Of a stretch of DNA of 48,347 nucleotides, positions 9,277-18,400 are shown one piece after another (position 1 is the stretch's first letter; each line of letters begins with the position of its first letter). The stretch is taken from positions 1 to 48,347 of the IMG/VR virus record IMGVR_UViG_3300032246_001968. One strand, given 5' to 3'. The translations under genes and the position numbers were made by a program. The notes beneath the pieces were generated by a model, which searched no databases, had not been told where the DNA came from, and worked only from the letters and a program-made list of their open reading frames with translations. The stretch is from a virus (Duplodnaviria; Caudoviricetes).

Positions 9277-11385
9277 TTAAAAATTTTTATATCCTGTTAA
9301 TTTTATTTGTGTTGAATTTAAATTGATTCCTAATTGAACCCCTTTGGAATCACTTGCATCCATTGTTGGAGAAACTTTAACTGATGTTAAAAGGTCAACT
9401 CCATTACCAATTGTTGAGAATTTCAACTTGAACGGTATATTAGTTCCGTTTATTGGTTTGTTATTTTGGTCAATAGCTCCGAATTTAACCTTTCCCTCTT
9501 TTGAATTAACAAAAACATACCAAGAATTTGGAACCTCTGATTTTAACTCTTCAAATTTGATTTTTGATGGGTCATATTGGAATTCGAATTGCAATCCCCC
9601 AACAGAAATTCCATTAGTATTAAGTGATACCGGTATTTCAACATTATTTGACGTTACAGTTACGTTAGATAAATTAACATCAATAGATGAAATATCGTTT
9701 GGTGTATTGATTAACGATGATGATTGTGTTGCCATAGTTCTAAACGCGGTATTATTCATTAAACTATTCACAGCATTTGTTTGAACAGTACTAATACCAT
9801 TTGAACTAGTTATAACTTGTGAAGAGTGTGAACGATTCACATCACCCCACAAAAGATATTTTAAATCAACTAGTTCGTTTGTCCCAACAACACCTGTTTT
9901 AACATATGTTCTTGGATATGTCAAATTTTTCCAATTTGTTGTTGTTATTGAACCCCACGAATTAGAAGGATTTGGATTAAATGCAAATTCAGCTTTTAGA
10001 CCATAATCGTTAGTACCAATTGCTCTAATATAAGGTGCAAATGTTGATGTTGATAACGTTGAAAAAGTTGATGGTACTTTATAGAAAGCCCATGAAGCAT
10101 CTTTATTCATAAACTCAACTGGTCCTGAATACAAATCAAATAATTGTAAACTTTTAATATCTTCAGGTAATATTGTTGAACCCGCAAATTTTCTCATATC
10201 TATGTAAACTCTTGCTTGACCCGAACCATAACCGTCAACATTAACAATACACCATTCAGTTTGACCTGCAATACTTGTTGCATCTGTTGCTCTCCAAGTA
10301 GGTAAACTCATAAACCCGTTACTACCCATAGCATATCCTGTTGGAATTGTTACGAGTGTATCTATTCCAACAACCTGACCTAATAATCTTGGTAAATCTC
10401 CCCCATCAATAATTTTATTTCTATTAATATCAGCTGCGTATAATGATTGACCTGTTTTTAAAATTTGACCATTACTACCATCTAAACCCATCGATGTAAA
10501 TTCACTTTGTGCTGTAGTAAAATCTGATATTGTAATTGCTCCGTTGTATATTGCGTATGTTTTATCCAAATTATGCATTACGGACACTTCATAAACTCTG
10601 TTTTCTGATAATAACGCTTGATTAATATCGACATTACCATTAGATAAAACATTGAACAATTGTCCAATACCACTAAGAGTATCTCTAAAAGAAACTTTAA
10701 CATCTGACAATGCAAGCAAATTAGAACTTATATCAACTTTAGCAGTCACAAATTTACCAGTGTTTTGGTTCATTATCACTTCCGTTGATAGTGGAGCGTC
10801 CATTACAGTTTCAACACCAACCCCTTGACCGTTCCATCCTGCAACAAAATTCAATTTAATAGGGTTAAATGAATTTGATGTAGATGTCGCCTTTAATTTA
10901 AATCTTACAATTATTATTTGTGAATAAGAATTATAAGGCATTGCCGAAGTTGTTGCCCATGTTAAAGTCGCTCTAAGAATTGCGTTAGACCCTGTAGGGT
11001 TATATGTGTAAGTTGCATTAGAAATATATCTTTGTGTACCATTTGTGAAAGTACTATTTCCTGCGTAAGAGTAATTAGGATAGTTCTGCCAAGATAATTG
11101 TATATTCGAACCTTGTGGAAGAATCCCTCCATTTCCTCCAGTGCCGGTGTGATTAATTGAAATTACTTCAAAGTTTGTTTGGTCGTATTGTAAATCAAAC
11201 AATAATTGTCTTGTCGATGCATCTCCATTACCGTTCGCATGAACCATAACGTCGAATTGGTCTCCTCTATCAATAACTCCTCCTCCAATATCAGTAAGAA
11301 CTCTTGTGTTTGGAAACTTAAACTTAATTTGACTAAATGATGTTAAGGACACTAATAAAAGTCCTAATGTTAAAATTTTCTTCAT
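9277..11385 (-). CDS. Secreted protein with cohesin-like domains and dockerin/EF-hand-like motifs
   Basis: Signal peptide; N-terminal FDLQYD and C-terminal VEIPV...GLQFEFQYDPSKIKF cohesin-like segments; AADINRNKIIDGGD and WGDVN. Confidence 0.7.
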   Translation of the reverse strand: MKKILTLGLLLVSLTSFSQIKFKFPNTRVLTDIGGGVIDRGDQFDVMVHANGNGDASTRQLLFDLQYDQTNFEVISINHTGTGGNGGILPQGSNIQLSWQNYPNYSYAGNSTFTNGTQRYISNATYTYNPTGSNAILRATLTWATTSAMPYNSYSQIIIVRFKLKATSTSNSFNPIKLNFVAGWNGQGVGVETVMDAPLSTEVIMNQNTGKFVTAKVDISSNLLALSDVKVSFRDTLSGIGQLFNVLSNGNVDINQALLSENRVYEVSVMHNLDKTYAIYNGAITISDFTTAQSEFTSMGLDGSNGQILKTGQSLYAADINRNKIIDGGDLPRLLGQVVGIDTLVTIPTGYAMGSNGFMSLPTWRATDATSIAGQTEWCIVNVDGYGSGQARVYIDMRKFAGSTILPEDIKSLQLFDLYSGPVEFMNKDASWAFYKVPSTFSTLSTSTFAPYIRAIGTNDYGLKAEFAFNPNPSNSWGSITTTNWKNLTYPRTYVKTGVVGTNELVDLKYLLWGDVNRSHSSQVITSSNGISTVQTNAVNSLMNNTAFRTMATQSSSLINTPNDISSIDVNLSNVTVTSNNVEIPVSLNTNGISVGGLQFEFQYDPSKIKFEELKSEVPNSWYVFVNSKEGKVKFGAIDQNNKPINGTNIPFKLKFSTIGNGVDLLTSVKVSPTMDASDSKGVQLGINLNSTQIKLTGYKNF

Positions 11386-11387
11386 CT

Positions 11388-11882
11388 TTATTTTGTTTCG
11401 AATATTTTAGTTACCAACTTATCGCTAGCCTTTTTAATTGCATTACTTAACGATGTTTGGTTGAATTTACCTCCGTTATCCACAATCAGTGTGGACATAG
11501 AAATTTCTGATGATTCTTCTTCGACAATCACCTCTTTTATTTTTTTGTTATCGTTTTTTAATGTACCTTTAAGTCTGATTACAACAGATTCTTCGTTTTT
11601 GTGAAAAACGGATACGTTAGATTTTGTTTTGAGCACGTCCAAATAAACTAACTCAACGGATAGTTTGTTTTTTGATTCAGGATTAAGGTCGTAATTTTTT
11701 TCTTGTAAGAATTCTTCAATAATATTTCTTACACCGAACTCTAAGTTTCGATTACCTGCAAGAGACCCTATTTGGATTTTGTTTGTAACAGCATCCACCC
11801 ATATCTCTTGAGTCTGTTGTGAGTTGTTATGAGGGGATACACATAAAAGTGCACTCATAACGAATAGAAAAACTTTATTCAT
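11388..11882 (-). CDS. Secreted alpha/beta protein (LptE/CsgG-like fold)
   Basis: Signal peptide; V.NKI...GVRNIIEE.L...terminal AIKKA..KL helix; first gene of the envelope operon. Confidence 0.5.
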   Translation of the reverse strand: MNKVFLFVMSALLCVSPHNNSQQTQEIWVDAVTNKIQIGSLAGNRNLEFGVRNIIEEFLQEKNYDLNPESKNKLSVELVYLDVLKTKSNVSVFHKNEESVVIRLKGTLKNDNKKIKEVIVEEESSEISMSTLIVDNGGKFNQTSLSNAIKKASDKLVTKIFETK

Positions 11883-11978
11883 TTTGATAGTATCTTGGTA
11901 ATAATAAATACTATTAATTTGACTATTTTTCTATAAAATTGGGATTTTTTAAAATTATTAAGGCGTTAAACCATAATC

Positions 11979-12194
11979 TTAATCTTCTTCTTTTTTGGTA
12001 ATTTTTAATTCTATATTGTCTTGGGATTTTCCAATCCAACCATCAAACACCATCACGACTAAATAAAATTCTATTTCTGACATTGAGTGAAATTCAGGAT
12101 GAGAATATTCTCCAACTAACCAAGATATGATATGGTATCCAATCCATAATCTTAAAAAAATCAAAAAAAGCGATAGCAATACTTTCATACCCAA
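11979..12194 (-). CDS. Small membrane protein
   Basis: Two hydrophobic segments; fills the intergenic space. Confidence 0.5.
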   Translation of the reverse strand: MGMKVLLSLFLIFLRLWIGYHIISWLVGEYSHPEFHSMSEIEFYLVVMVFDGWIGKSQDNIELKITKKEED

Positions 12195-12227
12195 CTATAA
12201 AAGTATTTATAGTAAATGTAAATTACT

Positions 12228-13070
12228 ATGCTACTAAAAATTGGGTCAAAAGGAGATGACGTTAAAAGACTCCAAGAAAAATTAGGACTTGGTGCTGATG
12301 GAGCCTTTGGACCAGGTACAGAAAAAGCGGTAAAGAAATGGCAGATTGACCACGACTTAACACCGGATGGATTAGTTGGTGAAGGAACTTGGAATAAAAT
12401 GTTTGGAGCACAACAATTAATTACCGAGCCTTCAGTACCTGTTGTAAAACCAACAGCATCTGTTGGTGGATTAAAATTAGAGAATTTAAAAGGTCACATT
12501 CCTGATGCAGTAATTGCACAGATTCCTGATACGGCCGCTAAATTTGAAATTAACACACCGTTAAGATTGGCACACTTTTTAGCTCAATGTGGTCACGAAT
12601 CAGGTGGTTTTAGATTAACAAAAGAAAATTTAAACTATTCAGCAAAAGGTTTAAAAGGTATTTTCTCAAAATATTTTAAAGAAGCTGGATTGGCTGAGGC
12701 GTATGAAAGAAAACCCGAAAAAATCGCCAACAGAGTTTATGGTGGTAGAATGGGTAATGGTCCTGAATCTTCAGGAGATGGTTCAAAATACTGCGGTCGA
12801 GGATATATTCAATTAACAGGAAAAGATAATTACGTTGCTTTTGGTAAATCAATTAACGAAGATATGACAGTGAACCCTGAAAAAGTTTCAACTCATTATG
12901 CATTATTATCCGCAGCTTGGTTCTTCAATAAAAATGGATTACATAAAATGGCTGATGGTGGTGCAAGTGATGCTGTGGTAACACAAATTACTAAAAGAGT
13001 TAATGGAGGCACTATTGGTTTACCTGATAGAATTAAACATTTCAAAGAATATCATAATTTACTTGCGTAA
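12228..13070 (+). CDS. Endolysin: peptidoglycan-binding domain + glycoside hydrolase family 19
   Basis: GSKGDDVKRLQ...DGAFGPGTEKAVKKWQ...DGLVG (PG_binding_1); AHFLAQCGHESGGF..ENLNYS, GRGYIQLTG..NY, ITKRVNGG (GH19). Confidence 0.95.
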   Translation: MLLKIGSKGDDVKRLQEKLGLGADGAFGPGTEKAVKKWQIDHDLTPDGLVGEGTWNKMFGAQQLITEPSVPVVKPTASVGGLKLENLKGHIPDAVIAQIPDTAAKFEINTPLRLAHFLAQCGHESGGFRLTKENLNYSAKGLKGIFSKYFKEAGLAEAYERKPEKIANRVYGGRMGNGPESSGDGSKYCGRGYIQLTGKDNYVAFGKSINEDMTVNPEKVSTHYALLSAAWFFNKNGLHKMADGGASDAVVTQITKRVNGGTIGLPDRIKHFKEYHNLLA

Positions 13071-13095
13071 ATTCCTTATCTTTGTAAAAAAAGTT

Positions 13096-13341
13096 ATGAT
13101 ACTACAATTCAATTTAAAAAGTGCATTTCAGGATTTTGAGTGGATTATCCGTGTTTTGGAGTCTGCTAAATCCAAAACTCAAATGGAAGCGGTACTAAAA
13201 TGCTTTGAACTTTGGGAAAGAAAACATATTGGAAATCATTTAACAATTGGAGAATTATCTACAATGAATCGTCTAAAAAGTAATTTTTGGGCTACATATA
13301 AAAATAAAAACATTCAGTTTGTCGGAACCCCTGTCATATAA
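13096..13341 (+). CDS. Hypothetical protein
   Basis: ATG 13096 following TATCTTTG at 13077-13084. Confidence 0.6.
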   Translation: MILQFNLKSAFQDFEWIIRVLESAKSKTQMEAVLKCFELWERKHIGNHLTIGELSTMNRLKSNFWATYKNKNIQFVGTPVI

Positions 13342-13732
13342 TAGTGAATTTTTACCTGAAATAACCATTGCAGTAGTATTTGGAGATAATCCTCAATACG
13401 AACAACTACTTCCTATGTTTGAGGAATATGGTTATGGGTTTATGGTTCCAAACAAAAATTTGGTTCTAATAGATGGTGAAAACATATTAGAAAATTTTAA
13501 TGTAGATGTTTTAAAATTCATCGAGGCTCATGAAATTGCTCACGTAATTTTAGGTCATGATGGTCCAAGAAACGAAGAAGAAGAGTTGGACGCTGATTTA
13601 GGTGCGTATCTTTTACTTAAAGAAAAAGGGCACACTAACGCAATAAAATCACTTTTGAAGAATTTTAAACAGAGACATCACATAAAATTTGATGAAGATT
13701 TGTTAAAAAGAGTAGAAAAGTTGTTCTCTTGA
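13319..13732 (+). CDS. HExxH metallopeptidase-like protein
   Basis: FIEAHEIAHVILGH...EELDAD. Confidence 0.75.
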   Translation: MSEPLSYNSEFLPEITIAVVFGDNPQYEQLLPMFEEYGYGFMVPNKNLVLIDGENILENFNVDVLKFIEAHEIAHVILGHDGPRNEEEELDADLGAYLLLKEKGHTNAIKSLLKNFKQRHHIKFDEDLLKRVEKLFS

Positions 13733-13812
13733 TATTGTAAAAGTATATTTTTATAATTTGAATATATTTATTTGTACATCGCTCGAAAGAGTGTTCTCAT
13801 ATATCCCTTTCC

Positions 13813-13853
13813 AAAAGACCCGCGAAATTTATTTTGTCGGGTCTTATTTTTTT
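13813..13853. terminator. Intrinsic terminator
   Basis: AAGACCCG...CGGGTCTT followed by a T-run. Confidence 0.75.
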
Positions 13854-13867
13854 ATTATATTTGCATT

Positions 13868-13951
13868 ATGTTAGTAGAGATAGTAGGACTTTCAATGATT
13901 ATAATAGGTCTTGGAATAACTTATTATATCTTTAAAAGACCAACAAAATAA
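13868..13951 (+). CDS. 27-aa membrane peptide (not in ORF track)
   Basis: MLVEIVGLSMIIIGLGITYYIFKRPTK; 4 nt downstream of TATATTTG at 13856-13863. Confidence 0.5.
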   Translation: MLVEIVGLSMIIIGLGITYYIFKRPTK

Positions 13952-13955
13952 TATT

Positions 13956-14558
13956 ATGAAAATAGAATTTGCAGATAGTTTTTGGAAATCATTAAAAACA
14001 TTATCAAGACATGAAACTTGGTGGTATAAAACCTATGAATTTTTTCGTAGAGATTTACCATATTTTTTAGAAAACATTTGGTTTTTTAGAAAAGAATTGT
14101 ATGCGTTTCGTTCTTGGGATTATTCCTTTAATCTTGATTTGTTCCGTCGTTCATTAGAAAAAACCGTAGACACAATTGAATATTACGGACATGAAGTAGA
14201 TGAATCAAGAATGAAAAAGGTTGAAAAGATGAAACGAACCATTCAATTAATTAAGAATGTTCGTAGTGATGAGTATGTTAGGAATGCTGAAAAAGAATTA
14301 GGTAAAATAAAAAACTCAGATTGGTTATGGACTGATAGGGAAGACACTGATGAAGAAAGAATCCATAATAAAAAAGTGTTTGAGAGAGCTAGAGAAATTG
14401 AAATATCTGAATGGAAGGAATTATGGTTAATTGTTCACGGACAAGACATGAAGGAATTTAGTAAAATTTACAACAGTAAAACCGATGAAGAAAAACAAGA
14501 TGAGAGTGTTTGGAATGATTGGTTTGATGGGTCAGGAATGAAAAGTTGGTGGGATTAA
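13956..14558 (+). CDS. Hypothetical phage protein (Trp-rich, ends in WWD)
   Basis: 200-aa ORF with RSWDY and C-terminal SWWD. Confidence 0.8.
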   Translation: MKIEFADSFWKSLKTLSRHETWWYKTYEFFRRDLPYFLENIWFFRKELYAFRSWDYSFNLDLFRRSLEKTVDTIEYYGHEVDESRMKKVEKMKRTIQLIKNVRSDEYVRNAEKELGKIKNSDWLWTDREDTDEERIHNKKVFERAREIEISEWKELWLIVHGQDMKEFSKIYNSKTDEEKQDESVWNDWFDGSGMKSWWD

Positions 14559-14576
14559 AATCAAATTTAAAATAAT

Positions 14577-14729
14577 ATGTGGAAAGTTTTTTTATTAATG
14601 TTCGTTGTTGTTGCAATTATTTCATATTCTTGGGTAAGAGGAATTGATTATATGAAAGAAAATCATCCTGATTACAAGGGTGAGGATTGGTTAAATTGGG
14701 ATGATGAAGACAAAGATTGGTTAAGTTAA
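14577..14729 (+). CDS. 50-aa membrane protein (not in ORF track)
   Basis: MWKVFLLMFVVVAIISYSWVRGIDYMKENHPDYKGEDW... Confidence 0.65.
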   Translation: MWKVFLLMFVVVAIISYSWVRGIDYMKENHPDYKGEDWLNWDDEDKDWLS

Positions 14730-14741
14730 AAAAAATATTTT

Positions 14742-15422
14742 ATGAAAATTACATTTATCAGTGACACACACAACAAACATAATCATTTAACAAGTAATGC
14801 TTATAACAACATTTTAGGTAGTGGTGATGTTCTTGTACACGCTGGTGATTGTACCAGTATGGGTAAAAGTCATGAAATAACCAATTTCTTAAATTGGTTA
14901 AGTATGACTGATTTTAAACACAAGATATTCATTGCTGGAAACCATGATTTTGGATTTGAAGTACATCACGACATTGCTGATGAGTTCAAAGAAAGAGGTA
15001 TTATTTATCTTTTTGATAGTGAGGTTGTAATTGATGGTGTTAAGTTCTACGGTAGTCCTTGGCAACCTGAATTTTATGATTGGGCATTCAATTTACCAAG
15101 AGGAGAAAAACTTGCTGAGAAGTGGGCAAAAATTCCTGGTAATACTGACATCTTAATCACTCACGGGCCTGCTCACGGAATGTTAGATTGGACCCCAAGT
15201 GGACAAGTAGTTGGATGTGAGGATTTATTTCACAGAATCATGGAGGTTCAACCAAAAATTCATGTTTGTGGACATATTCATTGTGCTTACGGTCAAAAAA
15301 ACTTTAATGGTGTTGAATTCTTAAACGCATCTGTTCTTAACGAGAGATATGAATATCAAAACAAACCAATTAAATTAGAATTTGATGTGAACGACAAACA
15401 AATTGTTGAATACTACGATTAA
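14742..15422 (+). CDS. Calcineurin-like metallophosphoesterase
   Basis: SDTH, HAGD, AGNHD, ITHGP, CGHIH motifs. Confidence 0.93.
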   Translation: MKITFISDTHNKHNHLTSNAYNNILGSGDVLVHAGDCTSMGKSHEITNFLNWLSMTDFKHKIFIAGNHDFGFEVHHDIADEFKERGIIYLFDSEVVIDGVKFYGSPWQPEFYDWAFNLPRGEKLAEKWAKIPGNTDILITHGPAHGMLDWTPSGQVVGCEDLFHRIMEVQPKIHVCGHIHCAYGQKNFNGVEFLNASVLNERYEYQNKPIKLEFDVNDKQIVEYYD

Positions 15423-15432
15423 ACTAAAAATT

Positions 15433-15744
15433 ATGAAAACGATTTGGGATAAAGACATTCTTTTGTGTGAATGTCATTCGGATGAACATCAGATGTTATT
15501 GTTTTATAATGAAACAGAGTTTGATAACGGACATAAATCTAATATGTGTTATGCACACGTACATTTAACAACACATAAATCCTTTTGGAAACGATTGGTA
15601 CACGGGGTAAAATATATCTTTGGGTACAAATCAAAGTACGGAGCTTGGGATGAGTTTATCTTCAATCCAAGCGATGCTGATAAGCTTCAAGAGCTTGTGG
15701 ATTATTTGAAAAAACAAAATGAAAATGAGAAAACTGTATCTTGA
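15433..15744 (+). CDS. Hypothetical protein
   Basis: CECHSDEH...FWKRL..G.KYIFGY; ATG 15433. Confidence 0.75.
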   Translation: MKTIWDKDILLCECHSDEHQMLLFYNETEFDNGHKSNMCYAHVHLTTHKSFWKRLVHGVKYIFGYKSKYGAWDEFIFNPSDADKLQELVDYLKKQNENEKTVS

Positions 15745-16066
15745 TGATGTAAGATGTCCCAAAACCGAAGGGTGGGATATTGTTAGAACTTATGATGATT
15801 TTGTAAGTTGGATTACAAAAAATGGGTTACCCGATGAAGTGTCTTTTGACCATGATTTGGCTGAAATCCATTATGACCCAAAAACTTATACTGAAAGTTT
15901 CAAATACAAAGAGAAAACAGGATATGATGCTGCTAAATGGATGTGTGATTATTGTTGGGATAGTGGTTTACCATTACCTGAATTTAATTGTCATTCTGCA
16001 AATCCTGTAGGTAGAGAAAACATATTGGCAATCTTACATAGTCATAAAGAAAGACTAAATGATTAG
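15725..16066 (+). CDS. Receiver-like protein of the cyclic-phosphate-processing (cREC) type
   Basis: LYLDDVR.P, SFDHDL, TGYD, HSANPVG motifs. Confidence 0.8.
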   Translation: MRKLYLDDVRCPKTEGWDIVRTYDDFVSWITKNGLPDEVSFDHDLAEIHYDPKTYTESFKYKEKTGYDAAKWMCDYCWDSGLPLPEFNCHSANPVGRENILAILHSHKERLND

Positions 16067-16092
16067 AAGGTGAGAGAAATCTCACCTTTTTT
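16067..16092 (+). terminator. Intrinsic terminator
   Basis: AAGGTGAGA-GAAA-TCTCACCTT plus T-run. Confidence 0.85.
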
Positions 16093-16104
16093 ATATTTAT
16101 TAAT

Positions 16105-16758
16105 ATGCCAGCAGCGCAAAGTCAATTTTCAAGACTACCAAATAAACAATTGTTATTCATAGCTGAGAAATTAGTTGATGAGGATTTTCCTATTGGAAAT
16201 CCTTACAATGACGATTTTGATAAGGCATACGGAATACTTGAAACAGTTTCAAAATATTTTAGTATTGAAGTAGTGAATGAAGACGTTGAATTCTTTGCAA
16301 AATTTTTAGAAATTAATGATGATTTAATTGCAGATTTGTTTGCCAACAATAAGGAACAAATGAAAAACAAAGAACTAATTGAACAATTAGTGATTCCTTT
16401 TGCAAAAAGTTATAATTTGCTTTATGATGTGTGGGGTACTTGTAATTATACAGATTATAAACAACAAGAATTTGATTCTTATGACAAGAATTGGGTTGAA
16501 GAATCTGCACAACAACAAATGACTGATGGTAATTGGAATACGTGGGATGGTCAAGATAGAAGAGAATCCGAGTATGATAATTATGAAGAAAGTAATTGGG
16601 AATTTAGGAGTGTATATGATGTTCAAGATAAACCTGTTCAAGAAAGTTTACTTAGTAAACTTGTACTTGAAAACACCAAAGATGTTGTTAAATCTTTAGA
16701 TAAGAAAACTCTATTAGAATTAAGAAGAATAATTGATTCCAAGTTGAGACTTCTCTAA
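16105..16758 (+). CDS. Hypothetical protein
   Basis: 217-aa ORF; TATTTAT at 16094-16100. Confidence 0.8.
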   Translation: MPAAQSQFSRLPNKQLLFIAEKLVDEDFPIGNPYNDDFDKAYGILETVSKYFSIEVVNEDVEFFAKFLEINDDLIADLFANNKEQMKNKELIEQLVIPFAKSYNLLYDVWGTCNYTDYKQQEFDSYDKNWVEESAQQQMTDGNWNTWDGQDRRESEYDNYEESNWEFRSVYDVQDKPVQESLLSKLVLENTKDVVKSLDKKTLLELRRIIDSKLRLL

Positions 16759-16977
16759 TTTTTTTCTCTTTTTTTCCTCTTTTGCTAATTCACCCAAAGT
16801 CTTTTTCTTTTGACCCCAAGGATTGAAGTGTCTCTTCCATTTATATTCCACTTCTATGGGTCCTGCAGTCGTTATTTTTGAGTTATATTTCCAAATGGAT
16901 ATACAATCCTCATCTTCATAAACAACTTCCCATTTGGTCGGTTTTACGGTTTCTTTTTGATTTACTGATGTTGCCAT
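16720..16977 (-). CDS. Hypothetical protein
   Basis: ATG 4 nt after TATATTTG (16982-16989). Confidence 0.7.
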   Translation of the reverse strand: MATSVNQKETVKPTKWEVVYEDEDCISIWKYNSKITTAGPIEVEYKWKRHFNPWGQKKKTLGELAKEEKKRKKLEKSQLGINYSS

Positions 16978-16992
16978 GACGCAAATATAAAA

Positions 16993-18045
16993 TTAAAATT
17001 CAAAATCTTCGGGATTTTCTTCATCATTTTCTTTACAAACCTTATTCATTTTACAAAAAAATCTTTCAAAGGATATATTACCAATCCAAAAATTACCACT
17101 ATCATCAGGATAAACAACAATTGCACCCTCACATCCCAAATTAGTAATTAATGTTTGCTCCCTTTCTGAACTTTTCACCTGTGTAGGATACCAACCATCA
17201 TTTAATTTAATGAATAAATCAATACCTAAAAATCTATCAACAAATCCATAATCTTTACCAAAATTCTTATATGTTATACCGTATTTTTCAAGTTGGAGTA
17301 TAAATTTTCTTTCAGTTTCAAATCCAACCTCTCTAACATTTGATAATACTTGGTAGGTCTTTTTTGAAATCTTAGAATCCAAATTCTTAAGGAGTTTTTC
17401 GTAAATGTATTTTAAAGGTTTTTGGTCAACATTAATTTTTTTTAAAACATCTATGTTAGAATTATTTGGATGGAATACTGAAGGATAAATCACAAATTTA
17501 ACTAAATACTCAGCAACCTTTTCCCACCCTTTTTCATATCTAACACCTCTAGTTTGTAAATCTTCAATCACGCCTAAATCTCTAAAATATTCTGTAATCA
17601 TTACCGCCAATGCTGAATAGTTTGTATCTAATCTGTTAATGGGATGATATTCACCTGTTGTTGGGTCAGCATAAAAAACATAAATGCCATTCATTAAATT
17701 ATTATAAATCTTAAGTATATTAAATTTTATGTTTGGACATAATTCTTTTCCATGTGTATTAACCCACCTTAGTTCTTCTAACCCATCTATTGCTGTTTGA
17801 GATTCTTGTGTTAAGGTTTCCATTCTAAGATTATTAATGGTATCTCTATGAATTTCAATAAATTTTTTCAAGAACTTATCTAAATCTTCTTGTAAACTAT
17901 AATCGTCTTTGATTGTCTTTGTCGCAGCATAACAAAACATTCTTTCAGATTTTACACTAAAAGAGTTATTACAATGCTCTTTAATCCAATTAACCTTTTG
18001 TTCTGTAATATACTTTCTAAGTACCGACTTAATAGAATCCTTCAT
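16993..18045 (-). CDS. Leader-bearing protein with a C-terminal PD-(D/E)xK-like nuclease motif
   Basis: Start reassigned to MKDSIKSVLRKYITE (TATTTAT at 18052-18058); GFETE...DRFLGIDLF...TQVKS. Confidence 0.6.
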   Translation of the reverse strand: MKDSIKSVLRKYITEQKVNWIKEHCNNSFSVKSERMFCYAATKTIKDDYSLQEDLDKFLKKFIEIHRDTINNLRMETLTQESQTAIDGLEELRWVNTHGKELCPNIKFNILKIYNNLMNGIYVFYADPTTGEYHPINRLDTNYSALAVMITEYFRDLGVIEDLQTRGVRYEKGWEKVAEYLVKFVIYPSVFHPNNSNIDVLKKINVDQKPLKYIYEKLLKNLDSKISKKTYQVLSNVREVGFETERKFILQLEKYGITYKNFGKDYGFVDRFLGIDLFIKLNDGWYPTQVKSSEREQTLITNLGCEGAIVVYPDDSGNFWIGNISFERFFCKMNKVCKENDEENPEDFEF

Positions 18046-18106
18046 ACTATTATAAATACCCACCATAAACAAAAATCCCCACCTTGTGAGTGGGGACTTA
18101 ATTTTT

Positions 18107-18367
18107 TTACTCAGAGTCTGAGCTTGTGTCTTTTGGTTTCTTTCCCCAGATTTTATCAACACTTGATAAACCCAAGCAACCAAATGCCAATAAAGCAACT
18201 GCATCAACCAATTCTCTTGATGGTGCAACGTGTTGTTCACTGAAACTATTTTGGTATAAAGTAACTGTTAATGCCAATGTACATAAAAGTCCACAAAGAC
18301 GTTTCATGGAGACTACTCCGTGTTCATCCGAAAACAAGCTTTTGATTCCTGCTAATAATTTGTTCAT
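18107..18367 (-). CDS. Small two-TM protein, holin-like
   Basis: SMKR followed by two TM helices and a charged tail; TATTTAT at 18389-18395. Confidence 0.5.
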   Translation of the reverse strand: MNKLLAGIKSLFSDEHGVVSMKRLCGLLCTLALTVTLYQNSFSEQHVAPSRELVDAVALLAFGCLGLSSVDKIWGKKPKDTSSDSE

Positions 18368-18400
18368 AATTTGGTAATTTACTTAACTATAAATATTAAC

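Noticed and set aside
18046-18240. N-terminal extension of the 415-aa ORF
   Set aside because: Overlaps the holin-like gene and crosses a terminator; TATTTAT supports a start at 18045
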